From Octopus vulgaris (lineage: Eukaryota): 64,000 bases of DNA. Location: positions 78,182,001 to 78,246,000 of the forward strand of contig OX597828.1 in NCBI GenBank assembly GCA_951406725.2, read 5' to 3'. Below, piece by piece: positions 1 to 12,322 of the stretch (within the stretch, counting starts at the first letter, position 1; each line of letters starts with the position of its first letter). The position numbers and the translations under genes were made by a program. The notes beneath the pieces were generated by a model that was not told the DNA's origin, ran no database searches, and saw only the letters and a program-made list of their open reading frames with translations.

Positions 1-20
1 ATTACATGCATTCATATGAC

Positions 21-157
21 AAGCTTCTTTCAGTTTCCATTTACCAAGTCCACATACAAAGGCCTTGGTTTTGTCCATGGTGCCATGCAATGAAATTGAA
101 CCCAAGGCCACAGGGTTGGGAAGCCAGCTTCTTAACCACACAGCCATGCCTGCACCT
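21..157 (-). mobile_element. SINE family A, 5' part
   Basis: Reverse complement of the recurring head GCAGGCATGGCTGTGTGGTTAAGAAGC...GGAAACTGAAAGAAGC. Confidence 0.7.
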
Positions 158-372
158 ATGCAAACAATAATTGTATGAAAGCTCCTAAATATTCATGATT
201 TATGTCAGAATTAATTAAAACACAGAGGCAGTGCATTTCATGAGTAGTATGGATGGTCATGGAAGGGTTACAGATTAATCACTCGTATTGCAAGAATAGG
301 TGTAAGGGTAGGGAGTAGTAGATGGGAAATGTACACAAATTCAACTTCCCTTCCCATACCTGCACGAGTTTT

Positions 373-416
<44 letters not shown>

Positions 417-631
417 TTTGATATTTAAAAAGGAGGTCAGATCATGTTAGATATTCACACTTTCTCATGTCACATCTTCTGTTTGTGGAACTCTTTAGTT
501 AAAAAAGAGAGAAAATTTCTGATTTGTTTTCTCTACCACTCACTCTCTCTCTTTCTTTCTCTTTCTCTCTTGTCAGAGAGGTGGAGGAATCAGAAACAAA
601 CGGATGTCATTTCTCTTCTCTTTCCCTACCT

Positions 632-686
<55 letters not shown>

Positions 687-706
687 TGTACACACAAATG
701 CATGTG

Positions 707-746
<40 letters not shown>

Positions 747-842
747 TGTGCATACACTTTTACCATTTGGTAGGAGAGTAAATTCAGGCATCCAGTTGAC
801 CGAGTTGCTGGGAACGCTGCCACCACCACCACCACCACCACC

Positions 843-876
<34 letters not shown>

Positions 877-1309
877 TCATTGATCAAGTTATTCAGGTTT
901 GCTACTGAGCTGTTTGCATAATTTGGGCTTTGGCACGTTTGTCTTTTAGGAGAAGGTCCAGTGTGTGTGTGTGGAGTGTGATGATGGACGTAACCCTGCT
1001 CCTCAGGAGCAGGAAAAAAATGTCACTGTATAATAATGATGTTGATGTGTGTATGGTTTTGGCTAAAATCAATCATTTTACATTTTCTGCCGATCACCCA
1101 AACTAACTTGTTTGGAACTAAAAAGTTACATGGATGATAAGTTGATACTTTAAATGTTGCTGCTGCTGTCATTCTTTAACCCCAAGTCGACTTAAATTGA
1201 GCTGATTGAAGATGAAAAGTGTTCATATTAGATTAATGGATTTTCTTACATGTTGTGTGTATCAGTAAAGCTTATTGCTCTTGGCATTGGAGAGTAAGTC
1301 ATCTATATA

Positions 1310-1716
1310 CAGGATTATTCAAAAAGAATGAACTGATTTCATTACACAATATTTTGATAAGGAAAAACAATAGAAAACTCCAGCTAAGTCACAAGTATTT
1401 ACTTCCAATCAACTTTTAGTTCTTGTCTTACAAGTGTTCAATGTTGCCATCACATGCAGCACGGGCATATATCGATGCAATAAGAGAATTCCTTCCAGAT
1501 GCGTATCAGCATATCATGATCCACTGAGTTGATCGCTGATGTTATTCGCTGTTTAAAGTCATCAAAGTTAGTGGGTAGTGGTAGTGAAAACTTATATGAC
1601 AGGAAATAAAAGTTGATTGTGAGTCAATACTTGTGACTTAGCTGGAGTTTTCTATTGCTTTTCCTTATTAAAAATATTGTGTAATGAAATCGTTTCAGTC
1701 CTTTTGGGTAACCCTG
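1310..1716 (-). mobile_element. Non-autonomous Tc1/mariner-superfamily element with long TIRs
   Basis: TA|CAGG...CCTG|TA, about 130-bp imperfect inverted ends; minus strand reads PLPTNFDDFKQRITSAINSVDHDMLIRIWKEFSYCIDIC...IEHL, a typical mariner-like transposase C-terminus. Confidence 0.85.
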
Positions 1717-1889
1717 TATACAACAATGAAAGAAGCTGCTTATTAATTAGTTGAAAGTAACTTTTACTAAAACAAAACAATTATCAAAGTCTTTATAGTC
1801 TAGAAAATTTTCAAAAATTCCAATTTTAATACATTTTTAAAAATTGAAATGTAATTTATAGATTCTTTTATTATTGATAATTTCAACTA

Positions 1890-2200
1890 CAAAGCCTTGT
1901 GCATGGATTTGTTTGATAGATAGAAACTGAAAGAAGCCTATCATAAATATATATATATATGCATGTGTGTGTGTGTCCTTATCTTGACATCATGTGATTA
2001 TTATAAATGAATGTCATTCATTTCCTATATATCTTGAAGATATATCTAGTAACAGAGAAATGTTACCTTGCTTGGAAACAGGCAAAGGTTAGTGATAAGA
2101 ATGGTGCCAGGCTGTAGAAATTCTGCTTCAATAAACTTTGTGACCCATGCAAGCATGGAGAAGTGGACATTAAAACAACGATGATGATGATGATGATGAT
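1890..2200 (+). mobile_element. SINE family A, 5'-truncated, RTE-type tail
   Basis: AAACTGAAAGAAGCC core then ...GACCCATGCAAGCATGGAGAAGTGGACATTAAAA-(GAT)n. Confidence 0.65.
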
Positions 2201-2332
2201 GTATCAAAGTTAAAAATGGTTGTTGTTGTTGTTGTTGTTATTCAGACTTCGGTCAGTCTTGACCAAACTGATGACACAGAGTCAGAACCAGGGTAGGGGC
2301 TAGCCATTAATGGAGTAAATTGTCAATAGTAT

Positions 2333-2735
2333 AGGTGTAAGTATGGCTGTGTGGTTAAGAAGATTCAGGTTCAGTCCCACTGTGTGGCACTTGGGACAGA
2401 TGCCTTCTATTATAGGCTTGGGCTCACTAATGCCATAACAGTGAATTTGTCAGATGGAAACCATTTGGAAAACTGGTGTGTGTATGTGTGTGTATCTGTG
2501 TCTGTCCCTGATTGACAGCTGTTGTTAGCTTGTTTGGATCCCCATAACTTAGCAGTTCAGCAAAAGGAACCAATAGAATAAGTACCAAACTTTAAAAGAG
2601 AAAAAGACAAAGTGACCCATCCCTGGCAAAACTGAAACAAACTTCAGGACTGGAGTTGATGTGTACAACTAAAACCCTTCAAGGTGGTGCTCCAGCATGG
2701 CTGCAATCTAATGACTGAAACAGGTAATAGAACAA
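2333..2735 (+). mobile_element. SINE family A, CR1-type tail
   Basis: Family A head, central (TG)n, tail GGTGGTGCTCCAGCATGGCTGCAATCTAATGACTGAAACA. Confidence 0.7.
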
Positions 2736-3638
2736 CAGATAATAGCCTTTCAGCAACAAAAAGTAAAAATGTACTCACTCAAACACACACGCACGCACAC
2801 ACTAATACTAGTGACACCGGTATTAAAGTAAGACGGAGGTGTTTATTTCCTTACACTCTTCTCTTGACTGCAGCCAAACAGAGGATTTTCTTGATGCTGT
2901 GCAAGTGTTTCATCTTCTTTACATAAACGCGATTGAAAGGCGGTGGTGTGGTTAGTTCTTCAGTGAATGTAAACAAGAGTGAAGTTTAAATCTGTTACTG
3001 GTGAATAAGTCAAGCTACTTCTGCCTAACACCTTTTCACGTCTTTAATACCACAAGCAAGCAATGGGCAAGACGTTTAGAAAGTCAGTTCATTCTCTGTT
3101 TGCAGTTGGTTGAAAAAAATATTCTGTTATTTTGGCAAAGTAAAGAAAAAGAAAAGAAAAAAAACAACAAATGTCAGATAAAGAAACAAACAAAAAAGAA
3201 AACAAAAGGAAAGCAAACGATTTTACGAGTGAAGCATAACAAGACAGGTTGTGTAGTTCTGACGTTTACTTGTGAACCGCATGGATCTGGGTTCGATCTT
3301 AGTGCACGGTACCTTAGGGTTTTCTACATAGCCTTGGGTTCACCTGTGATTTGTGAGTGGGATTCAGTGGGAGGAAAATGTGCAGAGTTTCTGTCTCTCT
3401 CTGTCGTGATCATCATTGTCGCTGTCATTTAATGTCCATCTTTCTATGCTTGTATGAGCCTGATGGGATTTGTTGAGAGCAACTTTCTATGGCTTGGTGC
3501 TTCTCCTGTTGCCAACACTCACCTGTTCCCATTGCAAGTTGATGTTTTCCAGTAACCAGACATGTTTTCACGGAAGGTTGGAAATGATGAGTCACCTCTT
3601 GCATGATGGTGATCCTTACTCAATCTTATGGTGTGCTT

Positions 3639-3682
<44 letters not shown>

Positions 3683-4079
3683 TTTGTTACACTTGACTAG
3701 AGTACAACATCCAGGAGATGACAGCTGGAGAAAGAGATGGCTGCATCAGCATTAATCTGATACTGTTTTTATTGGCCCAGAGGAGCCATATGGACCTTAA
3801 CAGGTTTTGAACTCCGAAACAAAGAACCAGAACAAATACTGCAACATATTTTATCGAATGGTTTAATGTATCTGTTCCTGGACACTTTGATTTCCTGATA
3901 TACAGATACAATATCAGTTTTAAAGAATATCTGATTCCAAAACCTTTCTGGATTTCTCATGTTTTCCAAACTAGGCGTGGTCACCTGGGCAATACACTAA
4001 ATTAAACAAACATCAAATTTATGCGAGTAACTAAATGAAATACAGGTACCTGTACATTAGTGTAAATGATACAAGTTTG

Positions 4080-4345
4080 TGAAGGCACATGGCCTGGTGG
4101 CTAGGCTGTTGCACTCAGGATTGCTAGCTCATGGGTTCAATTTCTAGTTCAAGTGGCAAGTTGTGTTGTTAAGCGAAACACTTTATTTCACATTGATCCA
4201 ATCTCCCTTTCGATCAAGAAGGAATCTTAGCTTGCTCACCTAGCTAGGTGGATGGCGACATTCAGAGGCCAAAATGATGCAAAGTGCATTGTGACCAGCA
4301 GCGTGTCACAATATCTGATAGTCTGGTCAGTCATGTGATCATGTG
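4080..4345 (+). mobile_element. SINE family C (tRNA-like head), degraded
   Basis: GGCACATGGCCTGGTGGCTAGG...GGTTCAATT A/B-box-like head shared with 7087, 25450, 35709, 47996, 49496. Confidence 0.55.
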
Positions 4346-4596
4346 ATACAAACTTATTTAATACTGCACTAGTTTGACAGCCACAGGAATCTGAAGTTCT
4401 GATTTGTAAATTAGTGAGTGAAACACATGTTCTACCTGTTTTATGCTAAACTTGACCAATCCAGCCTCTCACACCTACCTGGCAGTGTTATTTTAGAAAC
4501 ATGCAATCACATCATTAAAACCTCAAAGCCATGAGCTTAATGCATGATTAATTTCAAAGCTGTGTGAATAAATAAGCATCATATATTTGACAAAGT

Positions 4597-4778
4597 AATA
4601 ATCATCATCATCGTCGTCATTGTCATCATCGTTGTCGTCGTCATTGTTGTTGTTGTCATCATTGTTATTGTCATCATCATCACCATCGTTGTCATCGTCA
4701 TCATTATCATCATTACCATTATCATCATCATCACCATCGTCATAATCATCATCATCGTCATTGTCATCGTCATCATCA
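4597..4778. repeat. (ATC/GTC/GTT)n trinucleotide repeat, extended RTE-type tail
   Basis: Seen directly; abuts a minus-strand RTE 3' tail at about 4779-4880. Confidence 0.85.
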
Positions 4779-5416
4779 TTTAACGTCCTCCTCCTTCCAT
4801 GCTGGCATGGGTTGGACATTTTGAGAGGAGCTGGCCAGGCAGAAGCCGGCACCGTACTTCTGTGTTTGTTTGGCATGGGTTTAAATGATTAAGTGAACTA
4901 CAAGTACTTGTACATTAGTACAAATGGTACAGATTTATTAATACTTTATTGTGCAAGCTACTTGTCTGTTCAGGTAGGCTAGTCGGGCAGCCACAGAAAT
5001 TTAAAGCCCCTGCTTATAAATTAGTGTGGAGTATAAGAGGCTCCAGGCTACCAGTGTCTAGAGTGTTGGTGTTGTACCTGCATTTGGGAATATATGTAGT
5101 GCGTAATATGTGTCTTTTTTAACAATATATAGTGGTGAAAGAGGTAAACATTTGCATGAAAATCAATAAACTGGTTCTTTCAAACAAAAATAGGTTGCAT
5201 GGTAGCTGTTTCACCCGAGTTGTGCTGATTTTGCCTCATAACTTCTCGACCTCATAAATGCTGCAAACAACTGATTGGTCTTTTGGAAACCACCGTGCAA
5301 GGAATTATTTTTGAAAAATATCATATCAAATAATAATAATGATAATAATAATAATGATGATAATGATAGTGATGATGATGATGATGATGATGATGATAGT
5401 GATGATGATGATTATA

Positions 5417-5860
5417 ATGGCTTTGGAAAATGAAGGAGGTGAAAACAGTGCCAATTCTTGTTGTGTCGTTGGGGACAGTATCAGAAAGCATCGTTGGGAA
5501 TGTAAAGGAAATCAAAATAGAGTGCCCCGTAGAACTGTTACAAAATGTTTGCCTGCTTGGCATGACCAGAATAATCAGGGAAGTATTAGTTGAAAAGAAC
5601 AGATAGCATGGTACCATGGGCTGCAGGCAGCAAGCCTGCTATGTATGCTAGGCCCAAAGAGTTAGACCCCCCGAGTTTTATTAGTAATAATAAAGATTTC
5701 AACAGATGGATTAAGGAAATAGGCATACAACCTACTTTAGTGCAGTTCCAGATAACAGTATTATTAGGGACAGCTAAGACACTTAGAAAGGTTCTTGGTA
5801 TCTAAGGTTAAATGTTGTAGCCTGATGTTAGGATTTTTTTCCAACAATCTAATATTTAGT

Positions 5861-5861
<1 letters not shown>
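5417..5861 (+). mobile_element. Two tandem 3' fragments of R4/Dong-like non-LTR retrotransposons
   Basis: WLWKMKEVKTVPILVVSLGTV...ELLQNVCLLGMTRIIREVL and QITVLLGTAKTLRKVLGI*, resembling the R4-clade C-terminus; flanked by (ATA/ATG)n and (TAA)n. Confidence 0.65.
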
Positions 5862-5893
<32 letters not shown>

Positions 5894-5908
5894 TCAAACT
5901 TAAAAGAA

Positions 5909-6193
5909 GTGCCATTGTCATCTAGTGAACGATATTTCGACATCTTGTGTGTCTTCAACAGGTTCAAAAAATAATTTTGTCAATCTACTTCATTTTGACT
6001 CTATATCTTCTGGAGGAGTTACCTCAATCCTTTATATATTAACCAAAATTTTGTAGATTGACAAAATTGTTTTTTTGAACCTGTTGAAGACACACGAGAT
6101 GTCAAATATCGTTCACTAGATGACAATAGCACTCTTCTTCTAATTTTGACTCTAAATCTTCTGGAGGAGTTACCTCAATCCTTTATATATTAA
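5909..6193. mobile_element. Penelope-like pLTR remnant (inverted plus direct repeat)
   Basis: Inverted arms 5909-5988 and 6053-6132; direct repeats about 5992-6042 and 6143-6193; hammerhead-like motif in the arms. Confidence 0.6.
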
Positions 6194-7086
6194 TAATAAT
6201 AATAAGAAGAAGAAGAAGAAAATGCCCTGATGCAGGCAGTGGCTCTCATGGCTTCTCATCTTAACTGATTGGAAGTGTTATCATGTGCATTGTTTTGTCT
6301 TGGTATAAAAGATGGGCCACAGGAAATAGGAAATATTCTGCTCAGTACCTCAGATTTGCTTGACATTTGTTTGACCATAACTAGTTGAGCATGTCCATTA
6401 GTGGCTGATGATATGTGCATCTCTGATCATGAGCAGAAGTAGTGGGGGAGCATCATAGCCATGGGTTGAGAGGAATTCTTTGGGGTTTGAATAATTCTCT
6501 TCTAGAAACATGGGTGTTTTGTTCATCATCCTTAAACCTTATTCAGAGACCTTTTGAGCAGGATGATTGAGCTCCTCAACCTGAAGAGAATTCTAACTGG
6601 GCCCCACCTGCAAAGTCATGTGCTGTTTATCTTGTTATGAGGTCATCATGTTGCGCACATATGGTTGTCATACATATGGCTTGTGAACCCTTCTTTGACA
6701 GGTAGTCACGATGGGTATATTGGGCTTTGTATATTTGTACTCTAGCATCACTTAGATAGCATGCGCTGTTCTTTCACTTAATAATAATATTAATGAGTTG
6801 TAAGATAGGCCCAGGTGCACAATTGTCAAATCTGTTAGTGTCAGTGCATTACTGGTATTTATTTTATTGACGCTTGAGAAATGGATGGCAGAGAAATGTT
6901 GAATGATCTCGAAGCCAAAACAGTAAAGTGCTATGCTCAATGCATATATAATTTCATCTCTCAACATTCTGAGTTGAAATCGCACAAGAGCTGACTTTAC
7001 CTTTCATCATGTTAGGATTGATAAAAATATGAACCAGGCATTTATTTGTGTGAGATTTCAATTTAATCAGATTATTGCCAACATTG

Positions 7087-7390
7087 TGGAAGTGCAATGG
7101 CTCAGTAGTTAGGGCAGCGGAATCGCAGTTGGAGGATGACGGTTTCGATTCCCAGACTGGGCATTGTGTGTGTTTATTGAGCAAAAACACCTAAAAGCTG
7201 CACGAGGCTCCAGCAGAGGGTGGTGGCGACCCCTGTTGTACTCTTTCGCCACAACTTTCTTTCATGCTCTCTTCCTGTTTCTTGAGTAACGCTGTGATGG
7301 ACTGGCATCCTGTCCAACTGGGGAGAACACATATGTCACCGAAACCAGGAAAATGGGCCCATAAGCCTGGCTAGGCTTGAAAAGGGCGAC
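7087..7390 (+). mobile_element. SINE family C
   Basis: TGGCTCAGTAGTTAGGGCAGCGG...GGTTTCGATTCCC head; body similar to 47996-48355. Confidence 0.7.
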
Positions 7391-8294
7391 CTTTATCATT
7401 TATTGACAACATTACAGATTTGTGACCTTGTTACAATGTTAGAAATCCTGAAATAACTTCTGTAGACCATCTGTATAAAAAATGAACACTTGTTTTCATT
7501 AATGCCAACCATGTGTTATGACCTAACTAAATTAACCTCTGCTTATTTATCTCTTGCTTCATCCCAGCAGTCATTGACAGGTCTTTCCCTCACCTACCTT
7601 CCATCAACTTTGGCCCACCACAAAGTTGAGTCACATCTTCCACTCTGTTCCTTCTTTACATTATTAGGTACTGCCCTTCACTTGTCCTTAACCTTTTACA
7701 TACAGCTGTACTCCGCATGTGACATGGACACCTGTTACACAGGTATGGCTTATGCAGAGACTTGAAAAGTATCTTCCAGTGATGACATAACGCCATAGCC
7801 TCCTTCAACAACACAATTACACAAGTGTTATACATATCTTATGGATACACATATCCTGTTATACACACCTTGTACATATACATATTTAATACTTTTTACC
7901 ACAATCAGTCCACACTATCTGTGTTTTACCTGCTGCAGTGGAGTTTTAGAAATTCAGACCAGCCCATACATGACATGACCAATCTGGGAAACCCTACAAA
8001 GATCTTTCTTGGCTGCTGCTGCTTGTCTTTCTCCCACTAAATAATAATAAATAATAAATTATACATGTATGTAATCTTTGGTAATTACGTAAAAGTACCT
8101 AGTGCACTCTGTAAAGTGGTTGGCATTAGGAAGGGCATCCGACCGTAGAAACCATGTCAAACCAGTCCTTCAGCTGGTCACGTCCTGTCGGACTGTCCAG
8201 CTTATGCCAGCATGGAAAATGAACATTAAATGATGATGATGTGTGTGTAAATATATATATGCATATGTATGTATGTATATATGAACTCAGCACA

Positions 8295-9612
8295 CACACC
8301 CTCGGGCAGGTGGCCCTGCTCGATCTGTAGGAAAGGTGTAGGTAGAAACGCCATAAGATGTACTCAGTGTAAGCTATAGACGCATAAGAGGTGCAGCAAC
8401 ATCAAAGGGAAATTAACTGATAAGATAGCTTTCATGTCCGGCAGATGCACAGGGACAATAGATACCACAGATACTCAGAAAACAGATTCCATCACACTCC
8501 AGGAGGAGAAACTAGAAGTAGTTGATAGTTTCCGCTACCTGGGTGACCAAGTTAGTAGTGGAGGTGGATGCTCAGAGAGTGTCACCACTAGAATACAAAT
8601 AGCCTGGGCAAAGTTTAGAAAGCTCCTACCCCTACTGGCGACAAAGGGTCTCTCGCTCAGAGTGAAAGGTAGATTGTATGATGCATGTGTGCGAACTGCC
8701 ATGCTTCACGATAGTGAAACATGGGCTGTGACTACAGAGGACATGCGTAGACTTGAAAGGAAAGAAGCTAGCATGATCCGCTGGATGTGTAATGTCAGTG
8801 TGCGCGCACGACAGAGGGTAAGCACCCTGAGAGAAATGCTGGACATAAGAAGCATCAGATGTGGTGTGCAAGAGCGACTCTTGCGATGGTATGGTCATGT
8901 ACTACGGATGGATGAGGAGAGATGTGTGAAGAAGTGCCGCTCCCAAACAGTTGAAGGTATCAGGGGGAGAGGTAGACCCAGGAAGACATGGGATGAGGTA
9001 GTCATGCATGACCTCAGAACGTTGGGCCTCACAGAGGCAATGACGAAGGACCGAGATCTCTGGAGATATGCTGTGACTGCAAAGACCCAGGCTGCTTCCT
9101 GCACCAGTCCCACATAGCCCCTGCCCATTCAAAGTACCTTGGATACCAGAACATCCCGCTGTGCTTGAGGAGACCTATTGAGTCAAGTACATGAACATCG
9201 AAATAAATATCAATGGAAATAGTAGTTGTGATACCTCTGCTGGTGGCACATAAAAAGCACCATCCAAACGTGGCCGATGCCAGCGCCGCCTCGACAGATT
9301 TCTGTTTCGGTGGCACATAAAAAGCACCATCTGAACGTGGGCAATGCCAGTGCCGCCTTGACTGGCTTCCGTGCCGGTGGCACATTAAAAACACCAACCG
9401 ATCGTGGCTGATGCCAGACTCCCCTGGCACCTGTGCCGGTGGCACGTAAAAAGCACCCACTACACTTGCGGAGTGGTTGGCGTTAGGAAGGGCATCCAGC
9501 TGTAGAAACACTGCCAGATCAGACTGGAGCCTGGTGCAGCACCTGGCTTCCCAGACCCAGGTCGAACCGGCCAACCCTGCTAGCGCGGAAAACAGATGTT
9601 AAACAATGATGA
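8295..9612 (+). mobile_element. RTE-clade LINE, 5'-truncated copy 1
   Basis: ORF 8434-9117 with [30 protein letters not shown]; Cys/His finger upstream with an internal stop; repetitive 3' UTR and (GAT)n tail. Confidence 0.92.
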
Positions 9613-10601
9613 TATATATATGCATATGTATGTATGTATGTGTATATATACATATGTATATATATATATATATATATATTTCATGCATTAGTGTGTGTGT
9701 GTATATATATACATATATATATATTTGTGTCCTTCATAATCTATCTCGCTATGTAGCTGTCTGCCTGTCTACCTACCTTCCTATCTACCTGTCAGTTTAT
9801 CTACCTTCCTCATTCTTACTGTCCTCATTGCCCCTTTGATTTCTGTTTAACACCTGACCCAAATAAAAAGTCAATAATCCAACCCCCCCATCTCCCACTG
9901 CTTACACACATCCCACCTTACCCTCTCACACACATCCCCCACCTATCTACACTCCCATGAACCTTAAAACAATTATTTTTGTTCCCTTTTTATTGTTTCT
10001 AAATAGTTTTTGTTTTCTTCCTTATGATGATGGTTATGGTGGTTGTGATAGTGATTGTAGTGGTAGTGGTGGTGGCGGCGGTGGTGGTTGTTGTTGTTGT
10101 TGTTGTTGTTGTTAGTTGGAAAGACATGAAATGGGAGTTAAATGTTGGTTTAGTTTGGCAAATAATACAGTTTCCTAAGAAACATGATAATGTTGTTATT
10201 AAAAGCCTTAACAAAGTTAGAGTGAAGGACTTTAACCTGTGCCCTAGTTTTTCCTTTCAACTTATATAAAACAAAAATTTTATGGTTTCTTCAGTGGAGG
10301 TATGAATCCTTGAGGGTCCCTTAACCCTGGCAGTTGGGTTGTGTGAGAGGAATGTAATTGCCTAAGATTACAGACTTTGAATGATTTCTGCTAAAGAAAT
10401 GCAGAGCCAATGCAGCAGGGTGGTGGTGAGGTGATGGTGATGTTAACCCTTTTGATATCAACCTGTCTGAGAATTCTTCTGGTTCTATGATACAAAATTT
10501 TTTGTTTTAAACCGATCTAAATGGAACACATCAAAATGTCATCTTAATTTATGCTCTAAATAGCAGCTTAATAATGACACTTATTTCTGTAAATAAATAA
10601 A

Positions 10602-10650
<49 letters not shown>

Positions 10651-10669
10651 ATATATATATATATATATA

Positions 10670-10721
<52 letters not shown>

Positions 10722-10892
10722 GATGTATGTATTTTTCCCTTGTTAACAATTAACACAGAAAAAATATATAAACAGTTACCAGGATAGCAAAAAATCACAC
10801 AAGTAAAAAGGGTGCAACTCCTTGTTTTTAAAAGTAGAAATTCTGGGTCTATGTGAAATATTTTGTATAATATATATAAATAAATAAATAAA

Positions 10893-11072
10893 GTTAAATG
10901 CAGGTGTTATTTAAATACTTTTACTTCCGACACATGTTTCGAAGATATCACTGGTATTATTCCAAAGGAATGAATTGGTGTAAAACAACGTAATCTTCTC
11001 TTTGGAATAATACCAGTGATAACTTTGAAACATGTTGTAAGTAAAAGAATTTGAATAACACCTGCGTTTAAC
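10893..11072. repeat. Fold-back inverted repeat, possibly Penelope-derived
   Basis: About 75-bp arms 10893-10967 and 11000-11072 (ATCACTGGTATTATTCCAAAG / CTTTGGAATAATACCAGTGAT). Confidence 0.75.
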
Positions 11073-11075
11073 TCC

Positions 11076-11107
<32 letters not shown>

Positions 11108-11110
<3 letters not shown>

Positions 11111-11272
11111 TGAGGGGGTGGCTGTGTGGTAAGAAGCTTGCTTCGCACCACTTTGATTTGGGTTCAGTTCCACTGCATCGCACCTTGGGCAAGTGTCTTC
11201 TGCTTATAGCCTTGGGCTGGCCAAAGCTTTGTGGTTGGATTTGGTAGACGGAAACTGAAAGAAGGCCATTGC
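11108..11272 (+). mobile_element. SINE family A, 5' half
   Basis: GGCTGTGTGGTAAGAAGCTTGCTTC...GGAAACTGAAAGAAG. Confidence 0.75.
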
Positions 11273-11545
11273 ATATATATATATATATATATATGATAGA
11301 AAGATTAACATAAAAAGTACTCCATCTGGTGAGAGATAAATATAATTTATTTAAAGGACGCAATACATGTCTTTAAGTGCTATTAATAGTTTCATAAGTT
11401 GAGAAATATCTCAAACACATTCATTAGGCACAAACCACATATCATAATGAACAAAAAAAAATTGAGTAAGAGAAAAAATGCGAAAAAGCAGAGAAGGTAG
11501 CATAGAGAAAATGTGGAAGGTTAATGTATTTTTCGTTCCTTTAAA

Positions 11546-11766
11546 CCCTTTTGAAACAAATTGTATGGAGCTGCCCCTTGTAGTCAATGGATACAACCTT
11601 TCTGTGTTAAAGCGATCAAAATTCAAACCTTCCATCAAAATTTCATGTTAATTTATGTTCCAAACGAAGCTTAAGGACCAAGTTATTTGACTAATTCTTC
11701 ATTAGTTTTGAAATTACTTGAAATGGAGTGTATTTGTATTTCAACAGAAATATGGTAACAAAAGGC
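11546..11766. mobile_element. TTAA (piggyBac-type) MITE family 1, degraded
   Basis: CCCTTT...AAAGGC-TTAA ends; reverse-oriented relative of 35916-36141; partial copies near 10447 and 40568. Confidence 0.6.
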
Positions 11767-12137
11767 TTAAAATGTTTGTTATTATCAAAATTAAAATCAA
11801 TTTACACATGCCAGGATGGAAAACAAACATTAAATAATAATGATGATGGTGATGGTGATGATAAATTGAAACAAGGTAGTGTATTTCATAAGAAGCATAG
11901 TGACTAAAGGGTTAATCTGAGCCATGGTATTAAACTGGATTAAGAGATATAAGTATACTTGACTGGTTTCCACACACTCTCTCTCCATTCAATGTCATTC
12001 ATATGATTTTGAGTTGACCCAAGGTTTTGGTAGAGCACACTTGCTTAAGGTTTGAAATAAAAACTGCTTCTTCACTTTATCGGTTATGTTTTTCTTGCCA
12101 TAGAATAAATTAAATCTTATTAATTATTGTGCAAATC

Positions 12138-12322
12138 AAGGTGGTGGTCTGGTAGACAAAATGCCTACTGACATTTCTTCCGGTCTTATCTTTCTGAGGT
12201 CCTCTTTGTCTTTTGCCCCTTTGGAGTTGATAAAGTAAGTAGTAGTTGACCACTGGGATTGGTGTAATTGAATAGCTCCCTTACCCATAATTTCAGGTCT
12301 TGTGCCCGTAATAGAAAGGATT
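12138..12322 (+). mobile_element. SINE family B, degraded
   Basis: CCCTTTGGAGTTGATAAAGTAAGTAGTAG core and TTTCAGGTCTTGTGCCCGTAATAGAAAG tail. Confidence 0.55.

Noticed and set aside
775-1032. Exon-like stretches (ESKFRHPVDRVAG..., EKVQCVCVECDDGRNP...)
   Set aside because: Acceptor-like sites exist but there is no recognisable protein and they are mixed with microsatellites
3700-3990. Unique sequence that looks transcribed
   Set aside because: No convincing ORF or splice pair
9235-9460. CRISPR-like look (palindromic repeat plus spacers)
   Set aside because: Spacers are homologous to one another, the array sits in a LINE 3' UTR, the DNA is eukaryotic and there are no cas genes
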